A stretch of 32,000 nt of DNA from Nitrosopumilus sp. (GTDB lineage: Archaea > Thermoproteota > Nitrososphaeria > Nitrososphaerales > Nitrosopumilaceae): positions 99,985-131,984 of the forward strand of contig NZ_JAILWA010000002.1 of the NCBI RefSeq assembly GCF_025699255.1, in the 5' to 3' direction. Positions 24,062-32,000 of this stretch are shown here, piece after piece; the first letter of the stretch is position 1, and each line of letters starts with the position of its first letter. The notes under the pieces are model-generated. The model was not told the origin of the DNA and ran no database searches. It saw only the letters and a program-made list of their open reading frames with translations. Position numbers and translations under genes: made by a program.

Positions 24062-25132
24062 TTGACAACTTTACTTGGGAAAGAAGCTGAGCTTTATGAA
24101 ACATTACCTGATGATAAGGTAAAATGTACAGCTTGTGCACGCTATTGTGAGATTGGTAAAGGCCAAATTGGTTTATGTGGAATTCGAGGAAATGAAAATG
24201 GCAAATTACAACTTTATGCATACGGAAAGGTGATTTCTGGTCATGTTGATCCGATTGAGAAAAAACCTTTGATTCACTATAATCCTGGCAGTAAGGTCTA
24301 TTCAATTGCCACAACAGGATGCAATTGGCTATGTAGGTATTGCCAGAATTCTGATATCAGTCAGAGAAAAACTGTGGAAGGTATTGATATGACTCCTGAG
24401 CAAGTTGCAAATACTGCAGTAAAGTATGGCGCACATGGTATTGCATATACCTACAATGAACCATCAATCTTCATAGAATTTGCGCGTGATTGTGGAATTG
24501 CTGCACGAAAAAAAGGGCTGTTCAATGTTTTTGTCTCAAATGGTTATGATACTCCCGAATCAGTTTCGATGATGAATGAATTTCTTGATGGAATCACTGT
24601 TGATTTCAAGGGAAGTGCCGAAAAAGAATTTACTAGAAAATTTATTGGTGTTCCTGATCCTCAACCAATCTTTGATACTCTCTTAGAAATTAGAGATAAA
24701 ACAAAAATCCATGTAGAAATAACTGATTTAATCATACCCAAAGTTGGAGATGATATAGAGCATGCAAAAAAACTTTCCAAATTTATTTATGATGAGTTTG
24801 GACCTGAAATGCCAATTCATTTTTTGAGATTTCATCCTGATTATAAAATGATGGAGTATCCAAGTACTCCTGTTGAAACTTTGGAAAAACATTATCAAGT
24901 TGCTAAAGATGTTGGTCTAAAGTATGTGTATTTGGGAAATGTCCCTGGCCATAAATGGGAGCACACCTACTGTTCTGAATGCAACAAAATTGTTGTAAAT
25001 CGATATGGGTTTAGTATTAGAGAATGGCATCTTGACAAGAACAATTGTTGTGAATTTTGTGGCAATCGTATTCCTATAGAAGGAAAATTACAAGAAGGTT
25101 ACAAAGAAGATCGTTTTCAGTTTGTTTCTTAG
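24062..25132 (+). CDS. AmmeMemoRadiSam system radical SAM enzyme
   Basis: CNWLCRYCQN is the CxxxCxxC radical SAM cluster motif, with N-terminal CTACARYC and C-terminal CSEC...CCEFC Cys pairs. It needs a TTG start, 34 nt from the divergent AMMECR1 start. Confidence 0.8.
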   Translation: MTTLLGKEAELYETLPDDKVKCTACARYCEIGKGQIGLCGIRGNENGKLQLYAYGKVISGHVDPIEKKPLIHYNPGSKVYSIATTGCNWLCRYCQNSDISQRKTVEGIDMTPEQVANTAVKYGAHGIAYTYNEPSIFIEFARDCGIAARKKGLFNVFVSNGYDTPESVSMMNEFLDGITVDFKGSAEKEFTRKFIGVPDPQPIFDTLLEIRDKTKIHVEITDLIIPKVGDDIEHAKKLSKFIYDEFGPEMPIHFLRFHPDYKMMEYPSTPVETLEKHYQVAKDVGLKYVYLGNVPGHKWEHTYCSECNKIVVNRYGFSIREWHLDKNNCCEFCGNRIPIEGKLQEGYKEDRFQFVS

Positions 25133-25193
25133 CAAATACTATTAGATTTGAAATATTTTTAAACTAAATTAAGATCCAAAAAATTTTTGAAGG

Positions 25194-26441
25194 TTATTTT
25201 TTAGGCAATTCAATAGTAAATGTTGTAGGATTGTTTTTGACAGATAATTTACCACCATGCTGTTCAACTATATTTTTACTAATGCCTAATCCCAAACCTG
25301 TTCCCTTAGCTTTTGATGAAAATAGTGGTTCAAAAATCTTAGACATTATATTATCTGGTATGCCTGGCCCTGTATCACTTATGTGAATTAGTACAGAATC
25401 CAGATTGTTCTCCAAATCGATTGAAATTTTACCTTTATTTTCCATTGCATCAAAGCTATTTACAATAATATTGACAAAAATAGCTTGAAGTTTCCTAGCA
25501 TCACAATTAATTTCTACATCCTCTTTGAATAACTCAATTTCTACATCCTCAGGTACATTTACACTTGAGACAGAGTCGTTTAGAATTTTTAAGAGTGAGT
25601 GTCTTGCCAAATTCAATTCTTTTGTTTTTGCAAATTCCAATACGTCTTCAATAATATGATTCATATCCAAAATGGAACAATTTGTTCTACTTAGTCTTTC
25701 TTGAATGATTTTATCATCTTTGAATTTCATTTGTAAAAAGTCCAAATTTCCTTTAATTACCGTTATTGGATTACGTAAATCATGTGCAAGTCTAGATGCC
25801 ATTTGACCAATAGCATAGATCTTTTCAAGTTTTTGAACATATTTTGATTCACTTCTCAATATTTGCAAAATTGCGTAAATAGTCATGAGATATATTGCAG
25901 CATTGATTATGGGAAAAACTATTTCTAAAATTGCTTTTTGTCGGTTTGTCTCAGCTAATTCAAGATTAATGGTATTGGTTAATTTTTCAGCAGCATCAAG
26001 TAGTTCAACCTCAATTCGTTCATGTTCAATATAATAAAATTCATCTAAAGGTTCACCTACAATGGTTTTCTCTTTTAATGTATTTGCAAGATTATGAAAT
26101 TCATTGAAACTAGTTTCAACTAATTTCAAATCACTTGAGAATTTATTTGGAAGAGGTTTTAATTCATTTCCAAGAAATATACCTCCATTTTTCAAAAGTG
26201 AAATATTTTCTCTATATTCATTGAAAATATTATCAATTCCCTTTGACTCTAATAATCCTGAAGAAAATTCATCCATTTCATGTAAAGCAAAAGCAGTATA
26301 GAATCTATTCTTCCCAGCAACATTGAGGTATGCTCCATAATTTTCTTTTTCAGAGTCAATACTGTATAATATTGAAAAGCTTACGATTACTGAAATTATT
26401 TGGATTAGTACTAATCCTACAATCAAAGTTTTTGGTTTCAA
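25194..26441 (-). CDS. sensor histidine kinase (two TM helices flanking an extracytoplasmic domain)
   Basis: H-box MASRLAHDLRNPITVI, N-box IFVNIIVNSFDAM, G1 ISDTGPGIP and G2 GTGLGLGISK. Confidence 0.85.
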   Translation of the reverse strand: MKPKTLIVGLVLIQIISVIVSFSILYSIDSEKENYGAYLNVAGKNRFYTAFALHEMDEFSSGLLESKGIDNIFNEYRENISLLKNGGIFLGNELKPLPNKFSSDLKLVETSFNEFHNLANTLKEKTIVGEPLDEFYYIEHERIEVELLDAAEKLTNTINLELAETNRQKAILEIVFPIINAAIYLMTIYAILQILRSESKYVQKLEKIYAIGQMASRLAHDLRNPITVIKGNLDFLQMKFKDDKIIQERLSRTNCSILDMNHIIEDVLEFAKTKELNLARHSLLKILNDSVSSVNVPEDVEIELFKEDVEINCDARKLQAIFVNIIVNSFDAMENKGKISIDLENNLDSVLIHISDTGPGIPDNIMSKIFEPLFSSKAKGTGLGLGISKNIVEQHGGKLSVKNNPTTFTIELPKK

Positions 26442-26616
26442 TAATTGGAAAAAACTAATTTCAAATTAAAGTGTTCATAACTTATGCAAATTTACTGTTT
26501 TTTTGATAATTTAGACATGAATGTAAGTATCAAATTAGATGTGAAATGGGTATGTAGTTTGCGAGTATTTTGAAATTTTGACATTCAGTTTGTATGTTAA
26601 AACAAAAAAGAAAAAG

Positions 26617-27090
26617 TCATTGAACTTTAACTGATTTTTTCTTCTGAGGAGATGTTGGCTTGCTCTTTGGAAGTGTCACATCTAAAACTCCATCAGTTAA
26701 TTTTGCTTTAACTTTTCCAGGAATGACCTTTTCAGACAACGGTACGGTCTGATAATATGACATGCTGTGTCTTTCTTTTCTGAGGTAGTTCTTCTTCTTT
26801 TCTTCTTCTTTATGTTCTCCTGTTACTTCAATTGAATTGTCTGTAACATTGAGATTGATCTCATTTTTCTTTAATCCAGGCATGTTCATCTTCATTCGAA
26901 ACTGTTTTCCTTCATCAATCACATCACATCCAGCATCCTGCAATTTTGGAAAAGATGAAAAATCTATTCTTGGAAAAGAAGAAAATGATTTTTCTAATTC
27001 GTTTCTAAAATTGTCAAAAACCCTGTCAAATTCTGAAATACTAGATTTCGCTGGTGATGAAGCTAGTTTTTTTACAGGTTTTTTTGCCAT
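26617..27090 (-). CDS. hsp20: small heat shock protein (Hsp20 / alpha-crystallin family)
   Basis: Alpha-crystallin domain features are PGLKKNEINLNVTDNSIEVTGEHK and DGVLDVTLPK. The likely start is the internal ATG (MAKKPVKK) rather than the ORF-track start at 27138. Confidence 0.85.
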   Translation of the reverse strand: MAKKPVKKLASSPAKSSISEFDRVFDNFRNELEKSFSSFPRIDFSSFPKLQDAGCDVIDEGKQFRMKMNMPGLKKNEINLNVTDNSIEVTGEHKEEEKKKNYLRKERHSMSYYQTVPLSEKVIPGKVKAKLTDGVLDVTLPKSKPTSPQKKKSVKVQ

Positions 27091-27160
27091 GTACAAGTAG
27101 ACATCAAAATATATTTCAAGTCTTTCGTTAATTTTCAAAAATGATTCTCAGGTACTAAAA

Positions 27161-27739
27161 TCATTTTACTATGACTGATGCCTTGGCCCAAGGATGTATC
27201 ATACAAAAATAATCATATTTGCCAACTTTCTCAAATTTATGTGAGAATGTTTCATCTGATAATATCAATCCGCTATCAAATAGATTATCTGGTCCATTGA
27301 CTATGTTTCCGCTTGAAACAGTATGTGCAGAAGAATCATCATTTCTCCAAATTATTTCTCCACCTTTGAAAATTATTACTGTTGAAGGATCATAACACTT
27401 GTCTACATCCTCACATCCTGGAACTGAAGTACCTGCTGGAATGCTGACTAATCTTGATGGAAGTTTGGATGTTGTGTATTCTTTTACTTCTTCTCCTATC
27501 TCTTTTACTTCTTTAGCTGCTTGTTTTGTTTTATCTGTGACTTTTTCTATTGCTTCTGTGCCTGACTTTGAGAGTTCCTGAATTTTTTCACTAGTCTCTT
27601 TGCTTACTTCTTTTATTGGCTCTGTTGTTCTTTCTAAGGTGACCGGAATATCTGCAGGAACACCAGTTCCACCAGTTGCTAAAAATCCTAAAGCCATGGC
27701 AACTACAACAAGAGAAACTATGATTCCTGCTCTATCCAT
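27161..27739 (-). CDS. membrane-anchored cupredoxin (amicyanin/plastocyanin-like blue copper protein)
   Basis: ATG at 27739 (MDRAGIIVSLVVVAMALGFLATGG anchor), a K/E-rich linker and a C-terminal cupredoxin domain. The ligand regions are SAHTVSSG and YDYFCMIHPWAKASVIVK. Confidence 0.8.
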   Translation of the reverse strand: MDRAGIIVSLVVVAMALGFLATGGTGVPADIPVTLERTTEPIKEVSKETSEKIQELSKSGTEAIEKVTDKTKQAAKEVKEIGEEVKEYTTSKLPSRLVSIPAGTSVPGCEDVDKCYDPSTVIIFKGGEIIWRNDDSSAHTVSSGNIVNGPDNLFDSGLILSDETFSHKFEKVGKYDYFCMIHPWAKASVIVK

Positions 27740-27846
27740 AGAAGTCAATGCAATTATTTTGTAATATTGATAAAAAAACAAAGCATCTGATTGTCAAAAA
27801 TGATAATGTCGGACTAGTTTAACTACAAAGATTGCTATACAAAATT

Positions 27847-27966
27847 ATGGCTGATAGTTTCTGTCATTGCGGTTCATGTGGCCATGAAAAAATATCTGAA
27901 TGTTATACTAAACAGTGTACATGTTGTCTAAATGATCACCAAGGTCCTTTTGACACGAATAGATGA
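27847..27966 (+). CDS. Cys-rich micro-protein (39 aa)
   Basis: Hand translation gives MADSFCHCGSCGHEKISECYTKQCTCCLNDHQGPFDTNR, with 8 Cys and 4 His. It lies in an otherwise ORF-free 730-bp gap. Confidence 0.4.
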   Translation: MADSFCHCGSCGHEKISECYTKQCTCCLNDHQGPFDTNR

Positions 27967-28005
27967 TTAAACCATCATCTGGTTTTATGAGAAATATTTT
28001 TGAAT

Positions 28006-28104
28006 TTATTTATGAAAATTCCCTTCCTTGTGGGATGTACATGATTTAACAAGTACTCCATCATGATCCTGAATTTTACATCCACAAGAGAAGATTATAT
28101 GCAT
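28006..28104 (-). CDS. Cys/His-containing micro-protein (32 aa)
   Basis: Hand translation gives MHIIFSCGCKIQDHDGVLVKSCTSHKEGNFHK. It is convergent with the 39-aa ORF. Confidence 0.25.
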   Translation of the reverse strand: MHIIFSCGCKIQDHDGVLVKSCTSHKEGNFHK

Positions 28105-28508
28105 CTAATGTATAATATCAAAAATACCATAATAGATGCAAGTCAATAATTTACGCTGACAATATAGAATTCTATAGTTATTTGTGATTTACAAAAATCT
28201 AGTTTGTTACATAAAATCATTGCAACTTTGTTTTATGAAATTATATGTTACAATATTCATGGCTACAAACTTCCTTGAGCATGACAATTTCTCATTTACA
28301 AAGATTCTATTGTCAAAAGAAGTAGCAGATATAATAAAACAGGTTGTTCAAGAGTCTAACACAATTATTCCTCAAAATTGCAATGATAGGGAGAATTCCA
28401 AAGGAGAGTATTATGCCTAATTCTAGAAAATTTCAATGCAGTCCAAATTGTTGGTGTAAAAAACCAAGATCTAATGAATACACTTACTCATAATTTTAGG
28501 TACTGAAT

Positions 28509-29183
28509 CTAAATAATATCAAATTTGCCGTTATCTTTGGCCTTGTAAATTATATCTGGTCTTCTGAGAAATATTCCTGATTCTAAGACTCCTGTAGTTT
28601 GTTTAATTTTCTGTGTAAGTGCCTTGGGATTTTTTATTGTTCCAAAATCACAATCTAAAATTATGTTTCCGTTCTCTGTAAAGAATGGGTAACCTCTGTC
28701 AAGTGATCGAATCTCTGCAGTACCTCCAAGTTTTTTGATTGAATTAATTACAGAATTTCTTGCAAGCGGATGAATCTCCACAGGAACTGTTCTGTTAAAA
28801 TTTTTTACAAACTTTGTTTTATCTGCCATCACTACAATTTTTTTTGCAAGACTAAACAAGATATTTTCTCGCAGTAAAGCTCCTCCGCCACCTTTGATGA
28901 CATATTTTTGTGAATCAATTTGATCAGCTCCATCAAATACAATGTCAATGTGCTCTACTTGATCAGCTTCAACTAGTGGAATGCCTCCTTTTTCTGCAAT
29001 TAATTTGATTTGCAATGATGTTGGAACTCCTTTAATGTTGTAATTTTTTAGCTTGATTAGTTTTGAAAGTGATTTTACCAGTGCAGTAGCTGCTCTGCCG
29101 CTACCTAACCCAACAACAAAATCATCTTTTACAAATTTTAAAGCGTCACTTGATAATGCCTTGATGGCATCATCATAAGACAA
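28509..29183 (-). CDS. rpiA: ribose-5-phosphate isomerase A
   Basis: GLGSGRAA, DGADQID and KGGGGALLREN motifs; 224 aa. Confidence 0.9.
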   Translation of the reverse strand: MSYDDAIKALSSDALKFVKDDFVVGLGSGRAATALVKSLSKLIKLKNYNIKGVPTSLQIKLIAEKGGIPLVEADQVEHIDIVFDGADQIDSQKYVIKGGGGALLRENILFSLAKKIVVMADKTKFVKNFNRTVPVEIHPLARNSVINSIKKLGGTAEIRSLDRGYPFFTENGNIILDCDFGTIKNPKALTQKIKQTTGVLESGIFLRRPDIIYKAKDNGKFDII

Positions 29184-30140
29184 TTACTCTACCTCAGCTT
29201 GATCCAGTTTTGACAAAACTCTCATGATGTCACCTTTGATCTTATCTAAATCATCTGCATCATCATCAAAGTCATCATCTGCTGTAACTGGTTTTTCTTT
29301 TATTGGTTCTGGAAGTGCTTTATGTTCTGTAATCTTTTGTACTTCCTTGTTCAAGTCTGGTTTAGTCTCAATCTTTACTTCTGGTTTTGGAGATACTGAC
29401 TGAATAATTTCAATTTTATCCTCAACTTTTGGTTTTGGCTGAACAATTTCTTGGATGATCTCCTCTTTTGGTTTTACAGTTTCTGCAGGAATTATCCTTG
29501 GATGTGGCATTGGTTTTACAACCTGTTTTGTTTCTTCTTCAAATAATGGGAATTTTGGTTCTTTTCTTGAAACGTTTGTAAGAGTTGTTAATTCAAATGA
29601 CTGTCTTGATCTTGTAGGAGGAATCTCAATTGGTTCTGATTTTGTTTGTTTTGGTTTATCAAAATTAAATACATTAGAAATTTTCTCTTTTGTTTCTTCT
29701 TTGACTTTTGGAATCTTAACTTCTGGTGCTTCGACTTTAGCAGTTGTCATCTTTGAGGACAACTCGTATAGTCTGTCATCGAGTTTTGATAGTTTTTGAT
29801 CCATCAGAGTTATCAATCCGTCACCAACTGGACCCAAGTCTGGATGGTGGCTTGCTTGCTCAAGCTTTTCTAGCTTAGCTAGGACAATTCCTAACTGATG
29901 TTGATACTTTAGTAACAGCTTGTCTTTTTGGATTTTAGAAAATTCAGTATCTGCTTGATATAATCTTGAAATAGTTTTAGTTAGAATATCTTTTTCAATT
30001 TTCAGTGAATTGATTTGACTTTTGATATGTGAACTTGCACCAAGACTTAGTAATTGGTTTTTGTCTCTTGGCATCTTACGTACAGCAGCTGCTGTTGCAA
30101 CACCGGCTAATGAGCTAAGAATTAAAACAATTTCTTGCAT
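29184..30140 (-). CDS. hypothetical coiled-coil protein with N-terminal hydrophobic helix, K/E/P-rich repeats and acidic tail
   Basis: 318 aa with MQEIVLILSSLAGVATAAAV, PKPEVK/PKPKVE/VKPKEE-like repeats and a DDDFDDDADDLD tail. It abuts L37e and rpiA with zero intergenic nucleotides on both sides. Confidence 0.65.
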   Translation of the reverse strand: MQEIVLILSSLAGVATAAAVRKMPRDKNQLLSLGASSHIKSQINSLKIEKDILTKTISRLYQADTEFSKIQKDKLLLKYQHQLGIVLAKLEKLEQASHHPDLGPVGDGLITLMDQKLSKLDDRLYELSSKMTTAKVEAPEVKIPKVKEETKEKISNVFNFDKPKQTKSEPIEIPPTRSRQSFELTTLTNVSRKEPKFPLFEEETKQVVKPMPHPRIIPAETVKPKEEIIQEIVQPKPKVEDKIEIIQSVSPKPEVKIETKPDLNKEVQKITEHKALPEPIKEKPVTADDDFDDDADDLDKIKGDIMRVLSKLDQAEVE

Positions 30141-30308
30141 CTATGTATACCATTTAATCCAGGAATACTTTCTGCGTTTAGCCTCTGGGAATCCACAACT
30201 TGCACATTGGTGATGACGTTTGTGAAGTGAGTTTTTACCACATCTTCTACATCTGATGTGAACTTTCTTCTTTGTAAAACCACCCATAGAAGTTGTGCCT
30301 TTCGTCAT
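30141..30308 (-). CDS. rpl37e: 50S ribosomal protein L37e
   Basis: This ORF is below the ORF-track size cutoff. Hand translation gives [55 protein letters not shown], with the C-x2-C...C-x2-C zinc ribbon typical of L37e. It is next to the Sm gene, as in many archaea. Confidence 0.9.
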   Translation of the reverse strand: MTKGTTSMGGFTKKKVHIRCRRCGKNSLHKRHHQCASCGFPEAKRRKYSWIKWYT

Positions 30309-30318
30309 TGCAAATCAC

Positions 30319-30555
30319 CTAATTTTGTGCTGGTGGAGGAGATATCATAACTACATTGTCTCCTCTGACTACAATGCTGCCGAGGCTCTTAGAATCGCCT
30401 TCAGTGGGAATTTCCTCTGAAGAATCGAGTAGCAGGTTCATGTGTTGGTCAAAACCTAAGAGATTACCTCTAATGGTCTTGTTTCCTTTGAGTTTTATCA
30501 ATACTACTTGATTGATACTCTCATCCAATACTTTTACTGCCATATCAACGGACAT
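30319..30555 (-). CDS. archaeal Sm-like (LSm) protein
   Basis: Sm1 is [25 protein letters not shown] and Sm2 is [12 protein letters not shown]. Confidence 0.9.
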   Translation of the reverse strand: MSVDMAVKVLDESINQVVLIKLKGNKTIRGNLLGFDQHMNLLLDSSEEIPTEGDSKSLGSIVVRGDNVVMISPPPAQN

Positions 30556-30612
30556 CTATTTCACTTATTGACTTGCATATCAAGGGATTATATTAAATTT
30601 CCATTGGTGAAA

Positions 30613-31335
30613 CTATGAGCTATGCCCAGTAAGGCAAGTTTGACACTTTTTTCCAAGATTTTCGACGATTTCAGCTAAAATTACTCTTCCGTCTTTCTTT
30701 GTAGCTTTTGTTGGATCCCCCCAAATTCCATTTTTGGTAGCTTTAGGAAATGATTGATTTGCAAGTTTTCCAATTTTTGTAATTTCTTGTTTTGTCATGC
30801 CATCAGTGATCAATCCTTTTTTAGCCAAATTCATTTTGACATTTTTTGATATGGCCAACATCAACGATGTTTCTACAAATCCTGCATGATCAAAGTCTCT
30901 TTGCATAAAATGCCAGTAAGACAATGGAAATACCTTAAGTTTGTTATTTGATAATTTTTTGAGTTTGATATCTAGATTCTTTATAGGCTTTAGGTTTCCA
31001 TGATGACCATTAATTATGAAAACTGTTTTAATTTTATTTGAAAGTAAAGACTGACATAAATCAGTTAAAACTGCACGTAAGGTTGACTCTCTAATACTTA
31101 GATTGAAAAAAGGAGCATGCTCAAAAGATACTCCGTAGTTTAGTGTTGGAAACAATAGATATCTGAATTTTTCTGAGATCTGTTTTGCTACTTCAGTTAC
31201 AATATCTGAATCCGTTGATATTGGCAAATGTGGTCCGTGTTGCTCAATTGAGCCTACAGGAATTACTGCAACTTGTTTCTTATTTGAAATTGATTTTCTG
31301 AGTATTGGATCAAACTGAGTTTTGATATCTGTCAT
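30613..31335 (-). CDS. creatininase-family amidohydrolase (ArfB-like deformylase family)
   Basis: The PVGSIEQHGPHLPISTDS motif is characteristic of the creatininase fold; 240 aa. Confidence 0.75.
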   Translation of the reverse strand: MTDIKTQFDPILRKSISNKKQVAVIPVGSIEQHGPHLPISTDSDIVTEVAKQISEKFRYLLFPTLNYGVSFEHAPFFNLSIRESTLRAVLTDLCQSLLSNKIKTVFIINGHHGNLKPIKNLDIKLKKLSNNKLKVFPLSYWHFMQRDFDHAGFVETSLMLAISKNVKMNLAKKGLITDGMTKQEITKIGKLANQSFPKATKNGIWGDPTKATKKDGRVILAEIVENLGKKCQTCLTGHSS

Positions 31336-31340
31336 TTAAT

Positions 31341-31961
31341 TCACTTTGATTTTATGTGAACTTTTCTCCAACGAACATCAAGCTTGTTTTCAAGATGCAT
31401 CTTCATTGCTTTGAGTAATGTATCTGCTTCTAACTTTTGTCCTTTAGATTTCATTTTTTCTAGTGTATCATTTGGATCAACCTTGAAAGAATCTTGGAAA
31501 ATTATTGGTCCTTGATCCAAGTTTTCTGTTACATAATGAGATGTAACCCCGACAATCTTTGTACCTCTTTCAAATGCTTGTGCATATGCAGAAGCTCCTG
31601 GAAATGCTGGGAGTAATGATGGATGAATATTGATAATCCTATTAGGATACCTCCAAACAAAGTTTGGACTAAGTATCCTCATGTATCTTGCAAGTGAAAT
31701 CAAATCAATGTTATACTGTTTGCATACTTGAATTATTTTCTCTTCTGCTTTGTCCTGAACTTTATCTTCTATTGCAACAAATGGAATTTTTGCTTTTTTT
31801 GCAAGAGGTTCTAGTGTTTTTTCGGTACCGATGATCACTGAAATCTTTCCTTTCAATGACTTTGCGTTTGCAAGAATCGTTTGCAGACAAAGTGGCTCTT
31901 TTGTTACAAAGATTGCAATGTTTTTCTGTGAATTTGTTTCATGGTGTGTACTGACATCCAT
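31341..31961 (-). CDS. formyltransferase-family protein (PurU/PurN-like, no ACT domain)
   Basis: LARYMRILS, INIHPSLLPAFPG and HYVTENLDQGPII motifs; 206 aa. Confidence 0.8.
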   Translation of the reverse strand: MDVSTHHETNSQKNIAIFVTKEPLCLQTILANAKSLKGKISVIIGTEKTLEPLAKKAKIPFVAIEDKVQDKAEEKIIQVCKQYNIDLISLARYMRILSPNFVWRYPNRIINIHPSLLPAFPGASAYAQAFERGTKIVGVTSHYVTENLDQGPIIFQDSFKVDPNDTLEKMKSKGQKLEADTLLKAMKMHLENKLDVRWRKVHIKSK

Positions 31962-32000
31962 CTTTTCTTTTTTAGCTAGACTTTGAATGTCTGAATCAAA

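Noticed and set aside
21618-27581. ORFs 21618-21881(-), 22494-22676(+), 22842-23024(+), 23732-24055(+), 24033-24314(-), 26104-26301(+), 26837-27100(+) and 27399-27581(+)
   Set aside because: They are shadows of the Met/His-rich protein, MEMO, AMMECR1, radical SAM, histidine kinase, Hsp20 and cupredoxin genes.
28184-28420. 78-aa ORF in the gap between the cupredoxin gene and rpiA
   Set aside because: It has a non-ATG start, no motifs and a composition like the surrounding spacer. The hand-found Cys-rich micro-ORFs are better candidates for this region.
29455-30213. ORFs 29455-29799(+) and 30022-30213(+)
   Set aside because: They are antisense to the coiled-coil protein and to the hand-identified L37e gene, whose ribosomal-protein identity is clear.

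Overview
This is an AT-rich, gene-dense archaeal sequence. The core genes point to a Nitrosopumilus-like ammonia-oxidising archaeon; this is inference from gene content, as no search was possible. They include an ADP-forming acyl-CoA synthetase next to 4-hydroxybutyryl-CoA dehydratase (the thaumarchaeal hydroxypropionate/hydroxybutyrate cycle pair), ribosomal protein L37e with an Sm protein, an archaeal-type signal peptidase, a membrane-anchored cupredoxin, a Met/His-rich secreted protein and a lysyl-oxidase-like protein.

Between about 8.2 kb and 19.9 kb the core is interrupted by an island of about 11.7 kb. It opens with a 670-bp repeat-rich non-coding region and a tyrosine-recombinase integrase (8881-10242), and it ends against the 3' end of a tRNA-Ala(CGC) gene (19916-19987, minus strand). 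All of its cargo is uncharacterised:
- (i) A plus-strand set at 10411-13697: a HEAT-like/coiled-coil tail-anchored protein, a membrane-tethered winged-helix protein and a 344-aa protein. The first two share a 16-nt upstream motif at the same distance from their ATGs.
- (ii) Small minus-strand ORFs (an HTH protein, a possibly frameshifted partner and a Cys-rich micro-ORF).
- (iii) A tightly coupled three-gene operon at 14876-17865: a secreted/TM protein, a 463-aa protein with a nuclease-like C-terminus and a 2-TM protein. It is followed by a cytoplasmic trypsin-like serine protease (18234-19109) with its own CCAATC-repeat upstream region.

I consider (iii), possibly together with (i), the best candidate for an undescribed system of the defence or abortive-infection type carried on a mobile element. 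That function is inference only.

Right of the tRNA lie a cyclic amidohydrolase, the Met/His-rich protein, a complete AmmeMemoRadiSam triad, an orphan histidine kinase, Hsp20, a cupredoxin with an atypical axial position and two Cys-rich micro-ORFs. They are followed by a tightly packed minus-strand string: formyltransferase, creatininase-family protein, Sm, L37e, an unknown coiled-coil protein and rpiA. I saw no rRNA, CRISPR array or transposase/IS element.
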